This document shows, in pieces, positions 1 to 7,962 of a stretch of DNA of 11,462 nucleotides. The DNA is from Promethearchaeota archaeon (GTDB lineage: Archaea > Asgardarchaeota > Lokiarchaeia > Sigyniarchaeales > SOKP01). Both the position numbers and the translations under genes were made by a program. Every line of letters begins with the position of its first letter. The first letter of the stretch is position 1. The stretch covers positions 1-11,462 of the forward strand of contig JBHLLU010000094.1 in assembly GCA_048938895.1 (NCBI GenBank), given 5' to 3'. The notes below the pieces were generated by a model. It ran no database searches. It was not told where the DNA came from and saw nothing but the letters and a program-made list of their open reading frames with translations.

Positions 1-393
1 GATTAGTTGATTATAAAATTTTGAGCTAAGGAAGGGTCTGTCTTTCACACTGGCAACTTTATGATCAAATCCCCTCCCAGCTCTCCTCGGTACTTTCAGA
101 TGGTAAAATCTTAATGTGCTCTCTAATTCGTTTATATTTGCTCTTGCATTTTCAAGTAATTGATCATTAATAGAAACTTCCTCTTCTACATTATCAATTT
201 TTTGAGATCCTCTATGTCTTCCATTGTTATCTATAAATGCAATGAATGGAGGACAATTTTCCCCATTTGGGTGATTTTTAATTAAAATTGTGAAAAGACC
301 TGTTTTTTTTTGAAATTCTACCTGCTTTCTGAAACTCTCCTTACAATATGGACATATCATATTTACTAATGTACTTTCCTCAGTCCCAATCAC
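1..393 (-). CDS. Partial hypothetical protein (runs off the left edge) with an N-terminal CPxC...H/C putative zinc-binding domain of a type common in Lokiarchaeia
   Basis: Not in the ORF track; translated by hand. The frame is open from GTG at 393 (or ATG at 360) to base 1: (VIGTEESTLVN)MICPYCKESFRKQVEFQKKTGLFTILIKNHPNGENCPPFIAFIDNNGRHRGSQKIDNVEEEVSINDQLLENARANINELESTLRFYHLKVPRRAGRGFDHKVASVKDRPFLSSKFYNQLI. The CPxC, H-x5-C and F-x-A-F-I-D-x-N-G-x-x-R-G-x-Q-K-x-D pattern matches my recollection of an expanded Lokiarchaeal domain family. Confidence 0.8.
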   Translation of the reverse strand, partial: MIGTEESTLVNMICPYCKESFRKQVEFQKKTGLFTILIKNHPNGENCPPFIAFIDNNGRHRGSQKIDNVEEEVSINDQLLENARANINELESTLRFYHLKVPRRAGRGFDHKVASVKDRPFLSSKFYNQLI

Positions 394-674
394 AGTCTTT
401 CATATGGATAATCTAATTGGAATTTTTAAATGTTAGTAAAACGTAAAATGTGAAATTCTCACCAATTTGATGGATAATCTTAAGAAATTTATAGTATCGA
501 TTTTATGGATTGTTTAAAAAAAGTCTTTTAGAAAAGATAAAAATTTAATAAAAGTATTTTTATTAATCTAATATATTAACATTAATAATTCAAACATCTT
601 ATTTCCTATAGTATTTGAAAAGTTTTGAATGATCATATGGAAATAAAGGTTTTAATAAATCAAAATAACAAATT

Positions 675-680
675 GGTGAG
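675..680 (+). promoter_or_regulatory. Putative Shine-Dalgarno site (GGTGAG) for the GTPase gene
   Basis: Archaeal SD core GGTGA lies 7 nt before the in-frame ATT at 688. A TATA-like TTTAATAA lies at about 651-658. Confidence 0.45.
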
Positions 681-687
681 AGTGTAA

Positions 688-1236
688 ATTTCTGCAACCC
701 GATCCTTTATTTATAAAGTGTGTGTAGTAGGTGACGGAGGAGTAGGGAAAACTTCTATGGTACTCCGCTACTGCGAGAATACTTTCAAAGAAAATTATAT
801 CATGACAATTGGATCGAATTTCTCTACTAAGCAAATTGACCTAGTAGAATTCCCAAATTATCTCGTTAAACTACAGCTCTGGGATCTCGCAGGACAGAAA
901 CATTTTAGTTTTGTTCGTCCACCTTTCTACCGAGGGGCGACAGCGATCGTATACGTCTTTGATCTAACGCGAAGGAGCTCGTTTCAAAACATTTTAGATT
1001 GGAAAGTTGAGGTAGAGAAAGTTATCGGGAATGGTAAACCAAGTGTTTTGGTCGGGAATAAGATAGATTTAGCCGAACAAGGATCTAGAGAGGTGGGGGA
1101 AACAGACGGGGAAGCACTCAAAGAAGAAATAAACGCAATCTCCTATTATGAAGCAAGTGCTAAGGATAACATTAATGTTGAAGATATCTTTAAGGAAATA
1201 ACTTTAGCGATTTTGAAAAACACTCAAAAGATTTAA
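688..1236 (+). CDS. Rab-like small GTPase (Ras superfamily), Asgard type, with no C-terminal prenylation motif
   Basis: G1 GDGGVGKT, G2 YIMTIG, G3 WDLAGQ, G4 NKID, G5 SAK. RabF-like motifs: IGSNF, KLQLW, FYRGA, YVFDLT. The track start (GTG 718) cuts beta-strand 1. The frame is open back to ATT 688 (ISATRSFIYKVCVVGDGG), with GGTGAG at 675-680. The C-terminus (ILKNTQKI) has no Cys. Confidence 0.95.
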   Translation: MSATRSFIYKVCVVGDGGVGKTSMVLRYCENTFKENYIMTIGSNFSTKQIDLVEFPNYLVKLQLWDLAGQKHFSFVRPPFYRGATAIVYVFDLTRRSSFQNILDWKVEVEKVIGNGKPSVLVGNKIDLAEQGSREVGETDGEALKEEINAISYYEASAKDNINVEDIFKEITLAILKNTQKI

Positions 1237-1337
1237 CTTTTTATGTGCTATAAACATTAAGTTAAAATTATTTAAATTATTTAAGATACTCAATTCATTC
1301 TATTATTATTAATTAAATAAAAACGATTTGAATTTGT

Positions 1338-2057
1338 ATGTTTGGTGGACAAGGTAGAGCATACGATAGAGCTTTAACAGTATTCAGCCCTGAAGGTCGT
1401 CTTTTTCAGGTTGAATATGCATTAGAAGCAGTTAGAAGAGGAACTCTTGCAGTTGCTGTAAAATCTAAGGAGGATGTATGCTTAGCTGCGCAGATTAAGT
1501 TAGCCTCTAATTTGATGGATGGAGAATCAATAGATAAAATATTTCAAGTAGATGAACATATTGGCGTAGCAATATCTGGATTACATGCAGATGCTCGTGC
1601 ATTAATTAACTATGCTCGTGTTCAAGCTCAATCTTTTAGGCTAACATATGATGAACCTGCTCGATTAAATATGTTAGCAAAAGCAGTAGCAGACTTAAAA
1701 CAGCAATATACTCAGTTCGGAGGGGTGAGACCATGGGGCTGTGCGCTTTTTTTCATTGGAATCGACAATTTGGGCACTCAAATCTACACGACATCACCAA
1801 GCGGGATTTACCGCCCGTTTAAAGCATATGCACTTGGAAATGGAGAGGCAAATGCTAGACAATATCTAATTGATAATTATAATCCAGAAATAACGTTCGA
1901 TGAGTTGATTAGTTTAGCTTTAAAAGCCCTTAAAGAATCAATAGATGATGAAGCATCTAAAGAAAACATCCGATTGGCTTATATTAAGGGTGAAACGAAA
2001 AAATTTCACATGGCAGATAAAACAGAAGTAGATGAATTTCTGAAAAAAATAGTATAA
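1338..2057 (+). CDS. psmA: Proteasome (20S) alpha subunit, probably a divergent paralog
   Basis: N-terminal alpha signature AYDRALTVFSPEGRLFQVEYALEAVRRG, plus SIDKIFQVDEHIGVAISGLHADARALINYAR and YTQFGGVRPWG. Length 239 aa is typical. Confidence 0.96.
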   Translation: MFGGQGRAYDRALTVFSPEGRLFQVEYALEAVRRGTLAVAVKSKEDVCLAAQIKLASNLMDGESIDKIFQVDEHIGVAISGLHADARALINYARVQAQSFRLTYDEPARLNMLAKAVADLKQQYTQFGGVRPWGCALFFIGIDNLGTQIYTTSPSGIYRPFKAYALGNGEANARQYLIDNYNPEITFDELISLALKALKESIDDEASKENIRLAYIKGETKKFHMADKTEVDEFLKKIV

Positions 2058-2176
2058 ATCTCTTTTTTAATAGTTTTAGTTATCATAAAAGATTTTATTA
2101 TCTAAATTTATATTATAGATAGTAATAAACGGTTACAAATTTTTTCATTTTTATCAAATTAAAGTAGGCGTCGTTA

Positions 2177-2569
2177 ATGGCAAAGAAGAAGATCCGAGAA
2201 GAGTTCGATAAAGCATTTAAGAAGGGTGATGAGAAAACAATTAAAAAATTACTAGAGAAAAATCCTTGGCTCCAAGATGAGATTTCAAGCTCTATGGATG
2301 CGGGAATGGCAGAACAAAATCAAGTTATAGCTGCTTTAGGTGTTATGGAAGATGAGCTTGGAGGTGCAGTTCCTATTGACGAGGTTGTCTTTAGCTTAAG
2401 GACTGATTTTAATATTCGTAAAGCTGAAGCTGAAGTTCTTGATATTTTGAGAGATGTTGAAAAACTCCATTTAGTGAAACGAGATTCTAATGGGTGGGCT
2501 TTGACAAATGAGGGAGGAAAAATTTGTGATGAGTTTCTTAATAAAAAATTAGGAAAGTTCGAACTGTAA
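2177..2569 (+). CDS. Hypothetical 130-aa protein with an N-terminal helical hairpin and a probable C-terminal winged-helix domain
   Basis: The C-terminal half has the wHTH pattern helix-helix-helix followed by LRDVEKLHLVKRDSNGWALTNEG (L..L...GLV.....(Y/W).LT..G wing motif). The N-terminus AFKKGDEKTIKKLLEKNP resembles a single ankyrin-like helix pair. Confidence 0.7.
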   Translation: MAKKKIREEFDKAFKKGDEKTIKKLLEKNPWLQDEISSSMDAGMAEQNQVIAALGVMEDELGGAVPIDEVVFSLRTDFNIRKAEAEVLDILRDVEKLHLVKRDSNGWALTNEGGKICDEFLNKKLGKFEL

Positions 2570-2683
2570 ATAATTAAATTATTATCCTTGATTTATGAAT
2601 TCTAGTAGTAGTAGAATTAATACATTTTTTTATAGATATGAATTAAATTACTTTAAAATTTTCCTTTAAATTGGTTGAGTCTC

Positions 2684-5600
2684 ATGGATGAGCATGATGA
2701 AGAGGATTTTGAACAAGAGTTTGATGAGGATGGATTTGATCCTACAAAAGAAGCGTTTTTTTCTGATCTAATAGGTATCGAGGAAGATATCGCCTCGGAG
2801 GCATATGAATTAGTAGAACATGCAATAAGTCTCATAGCTACAAAGTATTATGATGATAGTATAGAAGTTTTAAGACAAGCAATTGGATTATACACTCAAA
2901 TAAACAGAGAAGAGGAAATTAAGGCAATAAATGATAAAATTTCTGAAGTATATCTATTGAAAGAAAAGGCATTTATGGAGGATGAAATTGAAACTGAACA
3001 AGAAGTTGAGATTAATTCCTCATTTGAAGTGCCTGATGAGAGACTTGCTTCTGATCTCAAAGCGGAACTAGCTCAAGAGGAGCAGAAAATAGATTTATTA
3101 GCAAATGCAGCGCAATTGATAAATGATGGTAAGAACTTGCTAAAAAGTAATAATTTTGAAGAAGCTTTAGATAAGTATGATGAAGCTGTTGAAATTTTCG
3201 AAAAAATGAATAAAGCAGATGAGGTTGAGCGCGTATTTAAACTTATAGAGGAATGTTATAATACAAAAGCAGAATTCTTGCGAAGCGTTAAAACCGAAAT
3301 ACCAAAAGATGAAATTGAATTAGAAAAAAGAGAGGTATTCGATAAAGAACAATTAAAAGATGAAAAGATTGAACAATATCTTACCTCGAAAAAGCGAGAG
3401 GAGGAAATTTCTAGTCAAGCATATGAAGTTTTAGGACAAGCAGCGGAGTTAGCAAAAGATAAAAAGTATAATGAATCTTTACTCCGATATGAGGAGGGGA
3501 AAAGATTATTTCAAGAATTAGGGTGGGATTATGAGGTTAGTAAAGTTGAAGAAACTATGACTCAATTAAAGGAGGAACAATCTGTTTCCTTGAAACCGTT
3601 AGTAGAAGAAGGAGTAGAAGAAAAAATCGAGCCTCAAAGGCAACAAGTAGATATCATTGATCAACAAATTATAGAAAGGGAGGAGCGAGAAAGAATTGAG
3701 AGATTGGAGAGATTAAGGGGTATAGAGCTTCAAAAGATGGAAACTGAATATTTCAAAGCCCAAATCGATAATATGGCTACAGAAGCGGTTCGTATGGCTC
3801 GTGAATATGAACTGGCTATGCAGAAAGCAATTAAGAAGGGAGAACTAATAGGGGAATGTATTTATCCACAAGTTATTGACCTATATAAAAGAATTAAGGA
3901 GTTGCTTATAGATAAAGGTTGGAGTAATGAGGCTGCAATTTATGATGATACTATTGATATATATATCCAAAAATTCGAACAAGATAAGAAAGTTAGAGAA
4001 ATTGAAGCTGAAAAGATTACTAGGCAATTACAAGCAGAAGAATTATTAAAAGTAAAAGAAAATGAAGAAGTTACCTCTTTAAAAGGTGTAGAACAACAAA
4101 AATTAGAGCAACTTCATAAACAAGAGATGGAAACTGAGAAGATCAGAGCAGAAATCACTAAAATGACTGATAGAGCTGATCGCTTAGCAAGAGAATATGA
4201 AGTCGCTCTAAGGAAAGGAAAATTTGAGTTAAAATGTCCCTTTCCTGAAATAATAGAAACTTATAGAATAGCACGGCAAAAATCACTAGAAAGAGGTTGG
4301 GAAACTGATGCGACCATTCATTTAAGTCAAATTCAAGCCTATACTGAGAAGCTAGAGAAAGACAGAAATTTAAGGAAGATTGAAGCAGAAAAGGCAATCA
4401 AGCAAAAGCAAGTAGAGGATACATTAAAAATTCAAACAACAGAGAAAAAACCTGTTATAGATGAAGAAAAATTAAAGAAAATAGAAGAGCAGACGATATT
4501 AGAAGAAGAAGCAGAATTCGAAAAAATGATAAATGAAATGGTGAAAAAAGCAGAAGATATGGCAAGAACGTATGAAATAAATATGAAGAAAGCAGTGAGA
4601 AGAGGTGAGTTAGCCGAAAATCCGCCTTTTGAGGAGATTATTAAAATTTATGAAAGAGCAAAACAAATGGCCGTTGTAAAGGGAAGAAATGAGGAAGCTA
4701 TGGCATACACTACTCAAGTAAATTATTATACTCAACAATGGGAAAAGGATATTAGATTGCGCGAAATTGAAGACCAAAAAATCCAGAGACAGAGAGAGAT
4801 TGAAGAGATGCATAAAGTTAGTAGAGAAGACAAGCTTGATACGGAACGTTTAGTCGCTATTGAAAAGAAAAAGGAGGAAGAAGATTTTGAAAGGTACATT
4901 ACCAGCATGGTTGATAAAGCAGAGAAAATGGTACGAGATCATGAAATTGAAATGCGAAAGGCTATGAGAAAGGGTGAAATAATAGAAAACACACCCTATG
5001 AGGAGGTAATTGATATTTATAATATAATACGGGAAAAGGTTTATGCTAGGGGGTGGAGAGAACAAACAGACATATTTGCAAACCAGATCAAAATATATAG
5101 GGATAAAGTGGAAAAGCATAATAAATTACTGGAAGTAGAAGCCCAAAAAATCCAAAAACAGAAAGAGATTGAAGAAATTCAAAAAGTTAGTAGAGAAGAT
5201 AAGCTTGATACGGAACATTTAGTCGCTATTGAAAAGAAAAAGGAGGAAGAAGATTTTGAAAGGTACATTACCAGCATGGTTGATAAAGCAGAGAAAATGG
5301 TACGAGATCATGAAATTGAAATGCGAAAGGCTATGAGAAAGGGTGAAATAATAGAAAACACACCCTATGAGGAGGTAATTGATATTTATAATATAATACG
5401 GGAAAAGGTTTATGCTAGGGGGTGGAGAGAACAAACAGACATATTTGCAAACCAGATCAAAATATATAGGGATAAAGTGGAAAAGCATAATAAATTACTG
5501 GAAGTAGAAGCCCAAAAAATCCAAAAACAGAAAGAGATTGAAGAAATTCAAAAAGTTAGTAGAGAAGATAAGCTTGATACGGAACATTTAGTCGCTATTG

Positions 5601-7945
5601 AAAAGAAAAAGGAGGAAGAAGATTTTGAAAGGTACATTACCAGCATGGTTGATAAAGCAGAGAAACTTGAAAGAGAATATGACTCAGCAATGAAAAAAGC
5701 TCTAAAGGAGGGAGAATTTATTGAAAAAACACCCTATCCAGAAATCATTGAAATTTATAGGGAAATTCAGAATAAATTATTGGAGAGAGGTTGGGTAGAT
5801 CAATCTAAAATTTATTTCAATCAAATTAAAAAAATTAAAGAAAAATTAAAGAAAAGCGAAAAATTAAGAGAAGTTGAGGCGAAAAAAGCAAAAAGACAAA
5901 AGGAACTAGAGGATATGCATAAGGTAAAGGAAGAATTCAAGCCTGTCCGACCAGAGAAAATCAAAGAACTTGAAGGAGAAGAGACAGAAGAAGATAAAAT
6001 AATTGATAGGGCTATGGAATTAATTGACGAAGCGGAACATTTAGTGAAAAATTATGAAATTAACATAAAAACTGATGTATTATTATATCAGAGCCCTTAT
6101 GATAATGCTATTTCTAATTATAATGACGCTAAAAAATTATTTCAAGAAATAGGATGGAATGAAGAAGCAATACGCCTAATCGATACAATTAAATTTTATA
6201 AAGACAAAAAAGAAAAAGATGAAAAGTTAAGAGAAATTGAACAAAATAAGCTGAAAGAACCAGAAAAGAAGCTTATAGCTGCTAAAATTGATGCGGAAAA
6301 AGAGTTGTTAGCAAAAGAGAAAAGGATAATAGAATTTGAAGCAAGCAAGAAAGAAGAAGCAAAACTAGCTGAAAACGTTTTTGATGAAATCCATAATGCT
6401 GAAAGAATAGCACAAGAATATGAATTGAAAATAAAGGATGGAAATTTTGATACTGAACCTCCTTATGAAAAAATTCTTAAGATTTATCGCAATGCACGTA
6501 GTAAATTCGAGGAAATAGGGTGGATGGAAGAATCAATGAAACTATTAAACCCAATTCAGTTTTATAAGGATAGGTTAGAAAAGGATAAAAGATTAAGAAC
6601 TTTAGAACTCGAGAAGGCTAAGAGACAAGAACAAGAGCTTTTAGCAAAAAGAAGACTCTTAGCTCAAGCTAAAGCCGAACAGGAACGGATTCTTAAAGAG
6701 AGAAAAGAATCTTTAACCCAAAGAGAAGTAGAGGAAAAATTGTTTGAATCCACTAAAGATAATGCTTTTCGGTTAATGGATCATGCAAAAAACGAATTGA
6801 AACAGAATAACTTCGAAAAAGCAATAGACCTATATAAAGCCAGTGAAGAAATCTTTATCCAGATAGAGTGGCAGGAAGGAATTAATATGGTTAGAGATTC
6901 TATTACTATGATCAAGAGAAAACAGAAATTCTTAGAATTAGAAAAACAAGCTATAGAAAAGAAAAGAATGGAAGAAACTAGAATTGAAGAACAATTAGAG
7001 GAAAAGATAGTCAAAGCTAAAGAATTAAGGAAACTCCAACAAGAACAAAAAAGAAAAGAATTGTTAAAAGTTCAAAATGAAAAACAGCGGGAAAGAGAAA
7101 TATCGGAGGAAGCTTATGAGATCTTAAAACAGGGTACTAAATTACTCGATAAGAAAAAATTTGATGAAGCTTATGAAAAGTATATTGAAGCACGTAAACT
7201 TTTTGATAGAGTTTCATGGAAACGTGAAGTATCTCGAATTAATAATGATCTTTTATATAAACTTCAAAGAGAGAGGAAAGCATTTGAGGCTCTTGAAGAT
7301 ATAAAAAAGAAAAAAGTTGAAGAACAAAAAGCTTTAGAAGCTTTAAAAGAAGAAGCTGCAAAAGAACAACGTGAACTCGCTAAAAAGCAAAAGGAAGAAA
7401 AACGAAGGTTAGAGCGAGAGAAATTTGATCAAGAAATACTCAAAGAAGTGGAGAGAGCAGAGAAGCTTATTGAAACTTATAAATTCAATGAAGGTGTGAA
7501 AATCCTTAAAATCGAGAGTAATAAATTGGAGAGATCTGGAAAAAGTGATGAAATCAAAAGGATTGATGAGATAATTAAAAAAATTGAAGGAGAAACTCAA
7601 GTTCCAATTATTACGATAGATACATTAGAGAAGTATGGTCCCAATCTTAAATTAGAAACTGCTTATAAGGCATTAGATAAAGCTCAAAGTTCAATAATAA
7701 GCGAAAAATTCATGAAAGCAATTTCAGAACTGAAGGAGTCTAAGTTTAATCTGTTAGAACTCAAATTTGATGAGAGGTATATCAATAAAATTGATGACAA
7801 AATTCATGAACTACAGGAAAAACTAGGAAAAAGCACAAAACCAAAAAAAGGAGCGCCTGAAGATGAGAGAGATTTACTGAAGGATCGTATTGCTGCTAGA
7901 AGGGAAGAAAGAAGAAAAAAAGTTTTAGATTTATTAAAAAAATAA
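2684..7945 (+). CDS. Giant (about 1750 aa) Glu/Lys-rich helical repeat protein: about 15 MIT/TPR-like three-helix modules joined by charged coiled-coil/SAH-like linkers
   Basis: Uninterrupted ORF (TTG 2675 or ATG 2684). Recurrent module A(Y/F)x(L)xxxAxxxxxxxx(Y/F)xxAxxxYxxAxxx(F)xxxGW. Eight central copies carry the extended motif AxEYE...KG......P(Y/F)xx(I/V)IxxY...GW......I..Y..K.EKD..LR.IE..K. The N-terminus is acidic. Confidence 0.9.
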   Translation: MDEHDEEDFEQEFDEDGFDPTKEAFFSDLIGIEEDIASEAYELVEHAISLIATKYYDDSIEVLRQAIGLYTQINREEEIKAINDKISEVYLLKEKAFMEDEIETEQEVEINSSFEVPDERLASDLKAELAQEEQKIDLLANAAQLINDGKNLLKSNNFEEALDKYDEAVEIFEKMNKADEVERVFKLIEECYNTKAEFLRSVKTEIPKDEIELEKREVFDKEQLKDEKIEQYLTSKKREEEISSQAYEVLGQAAELAKDKKYNESLLRYEEGKRLFQELGWDYEVSKVEETMTQLKEEQSVSLKPLVEEGVEEKIEPQRQQVDIIDQQIIEREERERIERLERLRGIELQKMETEYFKAQIDNMATEAVRMAREYELAMQKAIKKGELIGECIYPQVIDLYKRIKELLIDKGWSNEAAIYDDTIDIYIQKFEQDKKVREIEAEKITRQLQAEELLKVKENEEVTSLKGVEQQKLEQLHKQEMETEKIRAEITKMTDRADRLAREYEVALRKGKFELKCPFPEIIETYRIARQKSLERGWETDATIHLSQIQAYTEKLEKDRNLRKIEAEKAIKQKQVEDTLKIQTTEKKPVIDEEKLKKIEEQTILEEEAEFEKMINEMVKKAEDMARTYEINMKKAVRRGELAENPPFEEIIKIYERAKQMAVVKGRNEEAMAYTTQVNYYTQQWEKDIRLREIEDQKIQRQREIEEMHKVSREDKLDTERLVAIEKKKEEEDFERYITSMVDKAEKMVRDHEIEMRKAMRKGEIIENTPYEEVIDIYNIIREKVYARGWREQTDIFANQIKIYRDKVEKHNKLLEVEAQKIQKQKEIEEIQKVSREDKLDTEHLVAIEKKKEEEDFERYITSMVDKAEKMVRDHEIEMRKAMRKGEIIENTPYEEVIDIYNIIREKVYARGWREQTDIFANQIKIYRDKVEKHNKLLEVEAQKIQKQKEIEEIQKVSREDKLDTEHLVAIEKKKEEEDFERYITSMVDKAEKLEREYDSAMKKALKEGEFIEKTPYPEIIEIYREIQNKLLERGWVDQSKIYFNQIKKIKEKLKKSEKLREVEAKKAKRQKELEDMHKVKEEFKPVRPEKIKELEGEETEEDKIIDRAMELIDEAEHLVKNYEINIKTDVLLYQSPYDNAISNYNDAKKLFQEIGWNEEAIRLIDTIKFYKDKKEKDEKLREIEQNKLKEPEKKLIAAKIDAEKELLAKEKRIIEFEASKKEEAKLAENVFDEIHNAERIAQEYELKIKDGNFDTEPPYEKILKIYRNARSKFEEIGWMEESMKLLNPIQFYKDRLEKDKRLRTLELEKAKRQEQELLAKRRLLAQAKAEQERILKERKESLTQREVEEKLFESTKDNAFRLMDHAKNELKQNNFEKAIDLYKASEEIFIQIEWQEGINMVRDSITMIKRKQKFLELEKQAIEKKRMEETRIEEQLEEKIVKAKELRKLQQEQKRKELLKVQNEKQREREISEEAYEILKQGTKLLDKKKFDEAYEKYIEARKLFDRVSWKREVSRINNDLLYKLQRERKAFEALEDIKKKKVEEQKALEALKEEAAKEQRELAKKQKEEKRRLEREKFDQEILKEVERAEKLIETYKFNEGVKILKIESNKLERSGKSDEIKRIDEIIKKIEGETQVPIITIDTLEKYGPNLKLETAYKALDKAQSSIISEKFMKAISELKESKFNLLELKFDERYINKIDDKIHELQEKLGKSTKPKKGAPEDERDLLKDRIAARREERRKKVLDLLKK
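4814..5665 (+). repeat. In-frame tandem duplication with a 369-bp (123-codon) period, about 2.3 copies, near-identical
   Basis: Units start AAAGTTAGTAGAGAAGA at 4814, 5183 and 5552. I found only two mismatches between copies 1 and 2 (C4831/T5200 and G4848/A5217, the latter R to H). Identity ends at 5665. The identical antisense ORFs at 4850-5119 and 5219-5488 confirm the 369-bp period. Confidence 0.95.
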
Positions 7946-7962
7946 GTAAAAAGTAGTAAAGC

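Noticed and set aside
652-834. 60-aa minus-strand ORF
   Set aside because: Antisense to the clear GTPase gene, with no recognisable motif.
2569-2618. Short inverted repeats AATAATT-A-AATTATT (2569-2583) and AATTCTA-GTAGTAG-TAGAATT (2598-2618)
   Set aside because: AT-rich 7-bp arms are expected by chance in these intergenic regions and there is no supporting evidence.
4814-5665. The repeat considered as a CRISPR array or mobile element
   Set aside because: The period is 369 bp, in frame and coding, with no spacers, terminal inverted repeats or transposase.
2653-7600. Seven short minus-strand ORFs (2653-2835, 4158-4397, 4610-4813, 4850-5119, 5219-5488, 6781-7014, 7409-7600), some hydrophobic
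   Set aside because: Shadow frames of the GAA/AAA-rich giant gene, which produce F/L/S-rich antisense peptides. The two identical 89-aa ORFs simply reflect the 369-bp duplication.
2684-7945. The giant protein considered as an SMC/Rad50 ATPase or myosin-like motor
   Set aside because: It has no Walker A/B motif, ABC signature, hinge or motor domain; the resemblance is only compositional.
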